Source: Sphyrna mokarran
Lineage: Eukaryota
Direction: 5' to 3'
Assembly (NCBI GenBank): GCA_024679065.1
Contig: JAGIQG010000020.1
Span: 7,936,001-8,000,000, forward strand
DNA: 64,000 bases
Under the pieces are notes generated by a model. That model saw nothing but the letters and a program-made list of their open reading frames with translations. It was not told the origin of the DNA and made no database searches. The translations under genes and the position numbers were made by a program. Shown here in pieces: positions 11,381 to 23,675 of this stretch (position 1 is its first letter; each line of letters starts with the position of its first letter).

Positions 11381-14369
11381 TGTTTGGAGACAACAGAACT
11401 GTTGTGTGAATGTGTGAAATATTTCACTGTCTGTTGATATTGAGACATACATTTTGTAAGAAACCTGGTAAGATGAGGCAATTAAACATTCTAAAGTACA
11501 ATGTTTAGTTAAACGTTAATGTAGTATCAATGTTTTCTACTTAAAACGTTATTTCTGTTAATAAATGTGTTCCATTAAACTATGAAATTCGACTAGTATT
11601 TTGTTGAACAAAACAGAACAATTAAATATGGAATTGTGCAAACGCTGTATAGAAACACACAACAATTGAATATGAGAATTAAAAATCAATTGAGCAAAGT
11701 AGATGAATAGTAATGATGAGTATGTTTAGATTTTCCAAGGCCGAAAATGTGAACATTGCTTTACTCAATCTCATGCAAATCATGTCTGAGAAGTTCTGAT
11801 TTCTCAGTTTCCCAATGAAATGTACAGTTTCAATGTTCTAAATTAAAACACTTATGAAACATTTATAATAACATAATGCAGAATCAACTTGTTTCTCATA
11901 CTTTGCGCATTATAAATTAAAACATATGAACACTTCTACGCGTGCTATACATTAAGTTATATATGCATATAACACTGATTTAAATAGTACCTTCACAAAT
12001 TTAGAGCAAATAATCGAACCAGTTTATACATTAAACAATATCTTCAAACATTATTTTTTTTTTAAATGAACCAATAATAACAGCATCAACTACATAAAAT
12101 AAATACTTAAATATTAAAAATGCTTCAACATTGTGGGAGCTTTTCAGAACCAATTTATTGTGCCTGCTTTGACGTGAGAGATTTCTCTTTATTAGTTACA
12201 GCTCAGCAAATATAAAGAACTCTCAGAAACAATAATTGTGGTTGAAGATATTCTTTGTTGTCCAGGCGTGGTCAACGCGAGTAGGGGAATTATTTGTGGA
12301 AGCCCAAATTATTCTGATGTACATTTTTAGTAGTATTACAATGATACATTTTCAGGAATCATCTGCTTGCCTACTCTGTTCAATCTAACCGGATGACCCA
12401 ATCATGTTAGCATGAACTATTTGGCCAGTAACATTCAATCCTCATGTAGCATAAAAAATACATGGGTTCGTACAGTCCAGAAGTTTTGATCCACTGTCTC
12501 CTAACAGCCCTATATTTGTACCTCCATAGAGTTCAAAAGTTCCTTTCACACTGTCTACTGAGGAACACTTTCATGGGAATATTGTATTATTCCATTCATT
12601 TGGCTGTCTGGGATTGCCCAAACTATCAGAGACCCATGCTGATCGAGAGTCATTTTCTACTTCATTTAGTGGCTGTAATGTTTTCAAGCAATGTGGCTCT
12701 TTTTACTCAGCTCTGTAGTTGGCCAAGGTTACAGAATATTCAAAAATGCACGTTTAAATCTCTAAAGTGATTATATGTGTTTCTGCGCAAACAGTACCTT
12801 TGTGACTCCAGGTATTTTGTATGTTTTCTGTACAATATCCATTCTAAATTAGTTTATCTTAATTGATTAGTGTTAGTCTCAAGGTATTCCAAACCCCTCT
12901 AACTAACTTTTATAACAGCAGGGAAATCCTTCTGTTTTCAATGTAAAATTGCAAGTTCTGAAGTGGACCTTAATGGGCGTTCCAAGTCTGCCCGCATCAT
13001 GAAGTGGCTTGATGAGGACTCTCCTACGTTACACTTGGGGAGAGGTTTCGAGGCAGGAGGATGCTGCTCCGATTGGAAGTTCAGGCACAATTTTTCAGAT
13101 CAAGAAAGCACTGAAAAATTCCTTGGCCCATAAATTCCAATGGCCAATGTAGGGTCAGCCAAAATAGAAACAAATTGCATAGTTAGGTCTCCTGAGCAAC
13201 TGCGCCGATACTATCAATGTGTGCATCAGACTCGAACACACAATAAAGTAATCTTACCCTCAGGTACCAGTGTGTGGCAAGCGATCCCTACGTACGCTTC
13301 CTAATGACGTGGCCAGTCTAGGAATGCCCTTTGAGGTCCAGGTTCCAAAAGGCAGTTTTGCATTCAAAAGGAGTCCCTGCTCTTAGAAAACAATGCATTT
13401 GTATTTGCATTTCATTTTTTAACTATTTATTTTAAGTAGTTCATACAGTTAGCTCACTCAGACCGTATTTTGTTAAATTTATTTCAATTGTCGAATATGA
13501 GTATTATATAATATCTATAAATGAACAAATATTTTATTGGTTTCAAGTTTGAAATTACTATTTAGTCATAGGATCATCGGGGTGAATTTTCCCATTCCAG
13601 CCGCCTCAAGAATCCTAGTGGTCGAGGGGTGGACAATGAAAAGACCTGTTCACCTCTGGCAGGATTTTCCAGTTTCGGTTAGGGCACAACCAAACAATTC
13701 CGCCAACAGAATGTCTACAGTGTAGAATGAAACCACTTGACCCAGCAGCAACAACAATCCCACTCAAGCCAGTAGCCACCATTTGCGGTCAAATACACTT
13801 GTTTCTGGGGAATGTTGCAGCGGGGATGCAGGAAAATAAGTCACATGGACGGGGAGGGGTCCCGGTGGCGCAGGAAAATTAGCTTCCCTTTCCTCTCCCT
13901 CCAACACTGCCACCTCTACCTCAACAATCTTCTCCTCTTGTGCATGTTCCATTTTTAATTGTTCCGATTTGTTTAAGGTTAATATTTCTGTATTTTTTAT
14001 TTAATGTATTCAATTATTCTAACATTTGAATGCTGCGTTTTTATGTTTGACGTTTGAATAAATAATTTGAATCAATTTAATAAGTTTAATGGAAGAAAAT
14101 TACGAACCAATCGGCAAAAATAACTTCAGTGCTGTATAAGTTTAACCGTGTTCACGTTTATCTTAATGTATATCTGAGCTTTTCAAAACTTTTTCAATAA
14201 AATAAATTTCATATCTCTAGAAGCATAAACAATACAATCTTTTTTCTACTTTAAGAAAACAGTCCCTATCTTTTTGTAGACAAGGAGGTAAAGGGGATGG
14301 ATGGATGCAAGTGTTACAAGGGAAGTGTTTGAACATATAAATTAATCCTTTTAAAAGCTTATTGTCCAA

Positions 14370-14760
14370 CAACAGCAGCTGCCAGGCGATTTTGAACGGC
14401 CGCTGTATCACCTGGAGCTCGGGCCCGCTCCATTAAGCTCCATATTGACTTCCCCATTTCCGTAGGGATGTAATCTTCCTGGTGAATGTCCGGTCCACGC
14501 CGGAGGACAAAGTTTTGCAATACACAACTCACCAAAAAAATCTTTGTCACTTTCTCTGGTCACACTGTAACGTGCCACCTGACCTCTCCAGCCAATGAAA
14601 ACGTCATTTCAATATACCAATTACCCTGACGAGTTGTTATCTGAGCACCGTTGCAACGCTCCGATGCTTCACGTTGGTCTTGCGGAATAAGCCGTGTCCT
14701 CAGTTGGTATCCCTTATCACCCATTAGCCATCCTGTAATTCCAGGTAATGTTTTCATGGT
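14370..14760 (-). pseudogene. PIF/Harbinger (HARBI1-like DDE) transposase C-terminal relic
   Basis: Minus-strand GWLMGDKGY ... IGILK*RFHWLERSGGTLQ ... KVTKIFLVSCVLQNFVLRRG matches the Harbinger motifs WLLGDxGY, IGxLKxRFxxLDxSGGxLQ and CCxLHN; contains stops and frameshifts. Confidence 0.85.
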
Positions 14761-15409
14761 CAGATATTACATTGAACACTCAATAATATGCATGTGTTGT
14801 ACCTGTCAGCGATTGGTATAAGTCGATTAAATTTGTCCAATGATTTTCCAAACTTACAATTACACACAGTCCATATAAAATAAATATTAATGCTTTAACG
14901 AGATTAGGCTGGTAAACATCACGCGATGCATTCAATTAACAGATATTAAAATTTGAAAGAACTACGAAGTTACAAATGCTAATTGTAGCACATAATTCTA
15001 AATTTACAACGTCAAAGATGTTGCATGGCGCGAAATAAAATGATTTCCGTTAAACATCACAAGTTAAACTGCACTAATTCAACAAACATGGCGGATTGAT
15101 TTAGGACTTATTTTTTCCTTGAACAGCAAGACTTTGAATTTAGGGAATGGAGCTGATAATTTTAATTGCTAGGGTAGTCGATACTCTTTCATACTGGTAA
15201 TTGTTTAAACTTGATATCTTATCTTGCTGCTTTAAGGTCGTGTGTCCTTTACTCCTTGTCAAGTTTGACTTGGTAAAATGATGGTAAAATCAAGTCATGT
15301 AACGCGTTTGTGTCGCGGAGTTCAGCACAACACCAGGCTGGGTTGACATACTTCGATTGCGTGCACACTAATCGAAAACTAAGAATTCAACTGCAATTTC
15401 CCTACAACT

Positions 15410-16275
15410 GCGATGGTGAGGCTACACATGGAGCATTGTGTGCAGTTTTGGAGTCCGTATCTGAAGGAGGGTGTCCTTGCTATAGACGGTGTAAAGCGAA
15501 GGTTTACCAGGATGAATTCTGGGAAGGAAAGTCTGTCGTACGAGGACAGACTAAGCCGGTTAGGATTATATTCATTGAATTTGGAAGAGTGAGAAAAGAT
15601 CTCATTGAAACTTATGAAATTCCAACAGGGTTAGACAGGGTAGATTCAGAATGAATGTTCCCAGTGATGGGGAATCCAGAACTACGGGGTCAAAGTTTGA
15701 GGATAGAACTGAGGTGAGGAGAACGTTCTTCACCCAGAGGGTGGTTAATGCGTGGAAATTACTACCACGGAATGTAATTGAGGCCAAAATATTCTCTGAT
15801 TTTAAGAATATATTTGATATAGCTCTTGTGGCTAAAGGGATCCACGGATATGGGGGGAATGGGGCATCCATTCAGGATTCAACAACATATTGAATTAGAT
15901 GTTTAGCTATGGTCAGAATGAATAGAACAAAGAACATTACAGCGCAGAACAGGCCCTTAGGCCTTCGATGTTGCGCCGACCAATTAAGAAAAAGCAATGA
16001 CCCTCTAACCTAAACCATTCCCTTTTCATCCATAAACTTATCTACTAACCTCTTAAACACCACCAAACTTGGCGCATCTACAACTGCAGCAGGCAGGGCA
16101 TTCCATACCCTTACCACCCTCTGGGTAAAGGACCTACCTCTGACATCCGTCCTATAACTACCACCCCTTAATTTAAAGCTATGTCCCCTCGTGCTAGCTT
16201 TCTCCGTCCTAGGAAAAATGGTGGAGCAAGTTCGAAGAGCCCAATGGTCTACTCTTGCTTATTGTTTCTATGTTT
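15410..16275 (+). mobile_element. Old CR1 3' fragment (paralogues at about 38650-38920 and 57630-58210), interrupted by a younger CR1
   Basis: Decayed EHCVQFWSP, DLIETYEI and FFTQRVVNAW motifs plus a CR1 tail. Confidence 0.85.
15924..16216 (-). mobile_element. Young CR1 3' fragment nested in the older CR1 (same family as 23676-24820)
   Basis: Near-identical to about 23680-23970; site is empty at about 38865 and 58150 (aatgaatggtggagc). Confidence 0.9.
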
Positions 16276-16911
16276 CCTGATACCTCGACTCTCGACACTC
16301 TGCAAGGCAAATACTCACAGCTACGGGTGGCAGATTGATGTTTCTGTATTTTCTTGTTTTAAGTTGTGTTTTTTAATCTTTAGCTAAAGTTATGTTTACC
16401 TTTCACTGTTCACAGTTTGTGTTCCGTTCAGTTGTCTTATTTATCTTTGTGTTATTCATTGAAAATTTAGAATCGTATTTTTCAATTTAATGTTTGAGCT
16501 TAATTCAATTCGTGCTTCTTCTACAGTTACTGTAATCATTGTAATATATCGATAATAACATTATGAACATAAAGTTAATTAATGAAGTTGCAAAATGTTA
16601 AACATTTCAAAACATCACTAATTAAGACAATGTTGTTGTCATGTTGAAGCACTAATATTTTTTCAACGAGCTTTTGATGATAAAACAAATGCTGGAAAAT
16701 ATACTTTGTTGCCTGATTTGTCATAACCTCCTCTCTGTCTACTATTTGAACGCCCCTTCCCAATCTTCCATATTTCAGTGAACTAATCTTTCATTTATTA
16801 AAAATTCAAAGAGTGGTGACCTCATTTACTCAGATAGTAGGGCAACACAGTGTCCGAGGAATTAATGAAACTATATCCTTCCTTAATGTTCTGGCAAATT
16901 GTTTACCTCAG

Positions 16912-17205
16912 GTGTGCACTGTGGTATAGTAGTTAACACCACTGCCTCAAAACGCCAGGGACCCGGGTTCAATTGCAGACTCGGGTCACTATCAGTATGA
17001 AGTTTTCATATTCCCCCGTGTCTGTTTGCATTTTCGCTTGGTCTCGCTTCAAACTCTAAAAATGTGCAGTTTAACTTGATCCATCATGGAAAATTACCCC
17101 TGACTGTCAGCAGGACTTCCAGGGATTACTAGGTTTGGGTGGAATTGTCGGCGTAGTTTCGATGGATCAACTGGTCTCCTCCGCACGTAGGGATTCTATG
17201 ATTTC
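16912..17205 (+). mobile_element. tRNA-derived V-SINE (HE1-like), degenerate; paralogues at about 1-85, 39552-39845 and 58862-59150
   Basis: A/B-box head (tggtatagtagttaacac...gggttcaattgc), decayed V-SINE core and a GGGATTCTATGATT CR1-type tail. Confidence 0.75.
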
Positions 17206-17507
17206 TTCACCGTTCCCAGGTTTTACACAACTACAGCAAAATTGTGTTATTTCTGTACTCCAATCCACTTACAAGATTCACTTACAAGACCCACCTGATC
17301 CTTTGTACTTGTTCTACGCTACAGTCTCACTGAACACCAATGTTTATAAATTGCATTTGACCCGCTTTTTACAGGAATACATTTCGAAGTAACCATGATA
17401 ATGGTAAGCTTTTCAAAACATTGGAAGGTTCAGTTCAACAAATTCAAAGACCCGAATAGAAACAAGAAACTATTAGAAATATTCAACACAGCCTCCGCGG
17501 AGAAGAG

Positions 17508-17553
17508 TGGCTCACCTGATGAAGGAGCAGCGCTTCGAAAGCTGGTGATGCCA
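17508..17553 (+). ncRNA. Minimal type I hammerhead-ribozyme-like motif in a Penelope-type repeat (repeat spans about 17500-17632); probably inactive
   Basis: TCAC-CTGATGA-A-GGAGC-AGC-GCTTC-GAAA-GC-TG-GTGA has both catalytic boxes, helix II, helix I and a palindromic AGCT in place of helix III; the cleavage-site base is G. Confidence 0.7.
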
Positions 17554-17816
17554 AATAAACCTCTGACTTTAATCTGGTGTTGTGAGACTTCTTACTCTGC
17601 CCACCCTACGCCAAAACCGGCATCTCCACATTTGTGGAGAAGGAAAGAGTTTATGTTTCAGGTCGATGTCCTTTCATGAAACAAACTTAAGAAATGTTTT
17701 GCAGTTTTAGTGAAGTTTAATTATTGAAAGTAAATAAAGTTTTAGCTCGGAGACGGGAAAATTAGCACCAAATCACTAAAAAGTGGCAGATAATAGTCAT
17801 CGTCACAGGTTTTGCG

Positions 17817-17900
17817 AACCAATCTGATTGGTTGAAATGAAAAGACTAATTTGCATTCCAACACAAGGTGACACTTCCTTGGTGACAGGGATTATTAAAA
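17817..17900 (+). promoter_or_regulatory. IgL promoter, cluster 2 (inverted CCAAT pair 17817-17833, octamer 17849-17856, TATA-like 17893-17900)
   Basis: AACCAATCTGATTGGTT, TAATTTGCAT and TATTAAAA upstream of ATG 17978. Confidence 0.88.
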
Positions 17901-17977
17901 GACAGAAAGAGATTCAGACAGTGAACCCATCTTGTCAAATAACTGGCAGAACTCGGTACCTCGGCAAACTTTTCACA

Positions 17978-18026
17978 ATGACTGACTGGGTCCATGCGAT
18001 CATTGTGTTCATTTTTGGTCTGGCAT
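17978..18026 (+). CDS. IGLV: IgL cluster 2 leader exon (MTDWVHAIIVFIFGLA)
   Basis: ATG, signal peptide, donor GTGAGT at 18027. Confidence 0.93.
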
Positions 18027-18160
18027 GTGAGTATTTAAAACGTAGGATCGATGTAAACGCGCGTTTTGGAAGACAACTTCGGTGATTTTTGAAAAAGGCT
18101 TTACTCCTGTAATTAATTTGAGTGGCTTAACATTAACGTTTGGAATCTCTTTTCTTCCAG

Positions 18161-18508
18161 TTTCTAACGCGGCGATTACAGTCAGTCAAACGCCTTCGAA
18201 ATCTACTTCTCTCGGAGGAACCGTCCACATAAGTTGCACCTTGTCTGGTGTCAGTTTAGGAAGCAGTAGCATATATTGGTACCAGCAGAAATCTGGAAAT
18301 GCTCCCCGGTATTTGCTTTATCACGATGCTGGAAACAGCATCATCAGAGCCCCGGAAGTTCCAGGCCGGTTTTCAGGTTCCATATCCGGTAACACGGGAA
18401 CTTTAAGTATCAGACAAGTTGAAATGGAGGACACCGCAGAGTATTACTGTGCTATATGGAAAAGCAGTATGTACAACTTCGGCGGCGGAACCAAGCTGAG
18501 CGTTGGCA
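18161..18508 (+). CDS. IGLV: IgL cluster 2 germline-joined VJ exon (CDR3 AIWKSSMYN, J FGGGTKLSVG)
   Basis: Acceptor tttcttccag; canonical Cys/Trp/Cys; in-frame FGGGT; donor GTGAGT at 18509. Confidence 0.97.
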
Positions 18509-19096
18509 GTGAGTAAATCCTCTTCTGTTACATTGTTCAAACACTCGCTACCGGGTAATAACAAAAAATTCCCTGGTATTTTATTTTGAATAAATTGAAA
18601 TGTTCATTTAATAACACAACCATAAATTCAATTTAACCTATAGAAGGCGGCCCTGCAAATAACGTTACTATCTGTCGCTTTCCAATTCGATGTTTTCTGA
18701 TCTGTCGGTCTGCAATGAGTTGATTTAGTTGAGGCAGAATAACAACAAGCCGCAAAATTCCTGTACCATCATATCAGCGGGATGAACGAAGAGCTTTAAT
18801 CCTAACGTGCCATCAAATGATCTTGCAGAAAAAGAAAACATATAGACCCCCGGTAATACCAAGAAAGATCTCAACAATTTAAAATCCCGCTCCTTAAAGA
18901 CTTTACCAAATCATGGTGCCTATAGACACAAGTAAAGAATGAACACTTGAGCCAGTTACTTGAACTGATGGACTTCGCGTAGAAATAGCCCCTTATAAAT
19001 ATCCATCAAATATAGCAAGAGAAATAGGAAGGCAAAAAATGGACGGTAAATCAAAATGACTGCAACGGTCTGCATTCGGACCCCCTGCTAGTTTTC

Positions 19097-19376
19097 AAAG
19101 TAAAGTATATTAATTAGTCACAAGAAAGGCTTATTCTGCAATGAAGTCACTGTGAAATTCCCCAAGTCGCCACACTCCAGCGCCTGTTTGGGCTAATGCA
19201 CCTGAATAGCACATCTTTCCGACTATGGGAGGAAACCGGAGCACCCGGAGAAAACACACGCAGACACGGGGAGAACGTGCAAATTCTTCACAGGCAGTGA
19301 CCCTAGACGGGAATCAAGCCCGGTTTCCTGATACTGCGAGACAGTAATGCTAACCATTGTGCCATCGTGCTGCCTC
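19097..19376 (-). mobile_element. V-SINE (HE1-like) in the cluster 2 J-C intron
   Basis: Reverse complement of a tRNA head plus core ttgcacgttctccccgtgtctgcgtgtgttttctccgggtgctccggtttcctccca; present in clusters 2-4, absent from cluster 1. Confidence 0.88.
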
Positions 19377-20922
19377 TTTTCAGATAGAATTATTGCTGCA
19401 TTGAATATCTCGGATTTGATTTGCACTGAGGTTCAACCCGGAATGTTGATTTGAACAGACAGTGGAGGATCATTGGCCGCTTATGAAGAAACACTTTCTG
19501 TTGAGCATTGTTTAATTGTACAGCTTCCAAAGCAAAGCTTTGAATTCACGCAGCCATTGTAAAAAACAATCATCTTGCATTGTCTGCTGAAGCGTATACT
19601 TCCACTGGGTTGCAAGTAAAATAGGAAATCACTTATTGGTCTTCTCTGTAATGAATGAAACATGACCAAGTTTCACGTCAGCGCAGAGTCTATTTAAAAC
19701 TAACATTGTGTGAACATGTGACGTTATTAAATTTTATCATTGTGCTCCAACAATTCACATTGCCAGATTGTCCTGTGTATTGAGCATCCGCCCCACAGGA
19801 ATCTCCAATTACTTCTGCTGTTGAACTCTGATCTGAGTTTGTTGCTTATTTCGAGGCAGAAACCCGTAATCAGAAAAGGCAGAATGTGACCCAGTGTAAC
19901 AATTCCACTGTATTAATGATGTTAATCATATTTAACACTGACCTCTTCAACTAATTATGCAGTCGAACTCGTTCACTATAAGACCCATAAGACTGTCTCT
20001 TAGGTTTAAACCTCGCTTGGACAGCTGCATCAACATAGCGCCACCATGGTAGCAATATGAGTGCGGATTGGAATTTGGCCCAGACAGTAATATTTTTATG
20101 AACGAGATCCACAGGATGATCTCCGCGGTCACTTTTTTCCCACAGACAGTAATGAGATCAATCACTGGTTAATCTGCTTTCGCACAATGAGGATAGCCTG
20201 TCGGTACTTCCTCCAAAACTGTAATACCTAGTGAGTTCGGCTCATCAATTGAGGAGCTTAGTTTAATTCCAATCCAAAAATTGGAACTACCGCCTGAGCC
20301 ACTTCGCTGGACTGTCAGTCCAGATAACGCGGTCAGCTTCCCGTGTGGAGTTGAAACCATCTGAGCCGAGAAAGGAGAACCTCACAGGGTGAAACTGCCA
20401 GTGAAACTGTAACTACACTGCTCAGCGTAACATAAAATTACATCAGTAAAAACATGATGGTAAAACTGATCAACATTTCTTCCCATGGGAATACAATAGA
20501 GCAAACTTAATGTATATTCAGCGTTTCTAATACGATTTCTAACTTTAATTGACAATGCAGCTTCTCAATGTGAAAACACGGCAGCTAAAAATAATACCGT
20601 TATTTTCAATAACGTGTTATGAACCAAGGTATCTTTAATGGTATTCTGGGAGACATTGCGAAAAGCAAAATTGTTGTCTATAAAATTGAACAAAGTCAAC
20701 TCCAGTTCAACGCCAGTCAGTCATTAAAACTGAACTTCGCTTTTTAGATCCAAATGTCTCATCGATCTCCCTCCTTCACCTTTCCACTGATGAAAACACA
20801 AAGTAAAGGGATCTATTTATTGTATTCAATGAATGACAGAATATAACTTTTTTTGGAAAATCATAATGCATCAAACAAATCAATTCCCCAACACTACTCA
20901 ACCTATTTTGTTTTTAAACCAG

Positions 20923-21245
20923 GTCCGCAGAAACCATCTGTCTCCCTCCTCCCACCTTCATCGGATCAAATCGCAGCGAAGAACACGGCGACCCTGGTGT
21001 GTTTGGTGAGCGGTTTTAAACCGGGAGCTGCGGAGATTGAATGGACTGTAGATGGCAGCGTCAGAGGGAATGGGGTTGAGACCAGTCGGATCCAGCAGGA
21101 CGCGGACAACACGTTCAGTATGAGCAGTTATCTGACTCTGTCAGCCTCAGAGTGGAACTCACACGAGCTTTACTCCTGTGTGGTCAAACACGAGACTCAA
21201 GCAAACCCGCTTCAAACAAGCATCTCCAGATCCAGCTGTATGTAA
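20923..21245 (+). CDS. IGLC: IgL cluster 2 constant exon
   Basis: Acceptor ends at 20922; PQKPSVSLLPPSSDQ...YSCVVKHETQANPLQTSISRSSCM-stop. Confidence 0.97.
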
Positions 21246-21568
21246 ATTTAAAAACTGCTCTCGGCTCAGTTGCCAATGTTTGTTCATTTCTGTTCATTTC
21301 TTTCTTGTGACGGAAAGGGCAGAAATTGATCGTATTTGAGAAATTTAAGAAAATGGCCACCGCTGCTAGAGTTTCCGGTTTTAACACTTGCAACACATTT
21401 AACACGTACATACCAGTGTCTTCGATCGGAACATTGTCAGTGTTCGGTGAAAGCTCGTGGTTTGTCAATTTACCTTTACGTCTCCAATAATCATAAATAA
21501 AGTGCAACAACCTGGTTTATTGCAATTTAAATATCTACTTACCCTTACACATTTAGGTAAAACTGTTC

Positions 21569-21574
21569 AATAAA
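21569..21574 (+). terminator. Polyadenylation signal AATAAA, cluster 2 (an extra cluster-specific AATAAA lies at 21496-21501)
   Basis: Positionally conserved hexamer. Confidence 0.72.
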
Positions 21575-23675
21575 ATAATTAAGATCAAATGCAATATGAC
21601 TCACTGTACCTTTTATTGCTATTTTCAAGGTCAGTCAAATCTAACACCTTTCCGATATTATTCAGCCTTACGTAACGTGTTATATTGAAAACTTTTATTC
21701 TCAATTTTGGAATCTAAGCTATTGTTTGTACTCCCTGTTGGTGGGGTCACCGAGGTGGCCGGCACTGCCCAAGCTTTAGAGCATGCAAGACTCACAAAGC
21801 CAGTATCTCTGTATTAAAGAAGTAACTTTATTTAAACCAAAAGTTGCCAGGAGTTCGTCAAAGATTTCATAGCTCTAATGCAGAGCAGCAAAACCTCCCT
21901 GATAAATCTAACATATACAGTCAAAAACAAATCAATCATACCTTTTCCCCTTCTGAATCATTTGTGCCTTTCCGTAACTTTAAATCAATCATTTTCAAGA
22001 TGCACAAATCAACAATAATGTACATCAAATACCTTATCCAATCACATTCTACCCCTCAGCATAATGATATTTTATTAGTCCGAGAAATCTGGAAGGTAAC
22101 TCCTGTCTTGGCTGACCCCACATCCTGGTTACCTAGGTAACTTAAGACACTTAGCCCAAAGTTCAAATGAACGCTCTCATGGGTTCCTTTAAAGTTCACT
22201 GTACACCCAACTAAACTCCACACTACGCCTGGACACCAGTCTATCTCGTCCGGACAATGAATAAACCTATTCATGATCCATGATTAGTTGTTCGATATGT
22301 TCCTTCCATTCGAAACTTTACTGGTGAAATTTGTATGTTTCCAAGGCCGAAGATTCTCTCGAAATTTGTCTTGCCGTAATGACGTTTATCATGATGCCTT
22401 GCGGTAAAATGACGAAAGTGAACAATGTTTCTTAAAATCAACATCAATACATCCAAATTATCAGCATATGTATTTTATAATTATAATCATTCATTTGAAT
22501 CAGGTATAGCATATACGTAAATTGCTTCTTGTTAACTGATAAATTTATTTGAACAGTCATTTAACTGAATGCTGCTAGTTCTGTCAATGCCTTAATGTCT
22601 ACTGGCTCAAAAATCTTACACCTCATTAAGGATTCCATTTACACCCTCTTTCATCAAATCTTAGCAACCTCTTTGTTACCCCTTATAGTGTTTAAAACTC
22701 CTTGTATCTGGCGTCATTTTATTTCTCTTTTGATTTACACATTGAAGTTATCTGGAAAAAAGACCCACCACTGTTGCACAGTCTGGTGAAATACAATTGT
22801 CATAATACTAAAAGGCTCTTTATCAATTACCTTTATGCATCAGATAATGTTAAGTAAAATGCAGCAAATCAAATCAATCCAAGCAATATTGTCATTGTAG
22901 CTTCAGTTTCGGGTGAGTGTTAGAATCTCCAAGTAAAGCTGATGAATAAATGAAAGATGAAACGCAATACTTTTTTTTTCGTGTGTCTTACTGATAAACA
23001 CAATTTGCCAAATCCAATACTTCGTGGACATTAGTAAGGATCATTCAGCAAACAAGATGCAAAGTTATTCGGAAACAAATTTCACCACTGTTATCGAATC
23101 AGGTGAAATACTCAAAGTCATAGCACTTAACAGCACAGAAAGAAGCCCTTTGGCTCACCATGACTGCACCGACCATCACGCACCTACCGATTGTAATCCC
23201 ATTTCCATGTGCTATATATTAAAATGTATCATAAGATTGGAGTTTGGGATTTTCAGAGTTCAACGAAGGAGGACCAAGAAATTCATGGGGTCAAAAGAAA
23301 GATTTGACTACCACGGGTCCTAAATACAGCTTGTAACTTCACCTAAACATATACAGATAAGAAGTGATCCATAGATATAAATGTGCAAAGGTTAGCGGCA
23401 AAAACTCTGGAAATCATAAGGGATACGAAAGAGAAGCAACCCAAAGATTATTAGAAATCTCTGGTTCAGAAGAACGAAGAAGTTAAATAAATCAGTATAA
23501 GACAAGAAGTAGTAGATTTGAAAATAATGAGAATAAATCGTGAGAAATCCCATGGGACTGAGGTTCCCACAGCATATAATAATTGCAAGGAGATATTGTA
23601 GTCAAACTTCTGGAATGCCTTGATTCTGGAACATTTCTCGAAGTCTGGAAGATGGCAGTCAATCCCGATATTTAC

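Noticed and set aside
10940-11437. ORFs of 78-155 aa here and at 33952-34536
   Set aside because: By-products of stop-poor C/T low-complexity sequence; not conserved between the two copies.
13764-13952. Acidic minus-strand ORF as the Harbinger Myb/SANT partner gene
   Set aside because: No convincing Trp-spaced Myb motif, and the paralogous copies have stops and frameshifts.
16912-16985. tRNA-like sequences as tRNA genes
   Set aside because: They are SINE heads followed by the V core and a LINE tail, with no complete cloverleaf.
20036-20056. Minus-strand ...ATGGTGGCGCTA in the J-C introns as a CTCF site
   Set aside because: Only the 3' half matches, spacing is off by one base, and the motif is altered in clusters 1 and 3.
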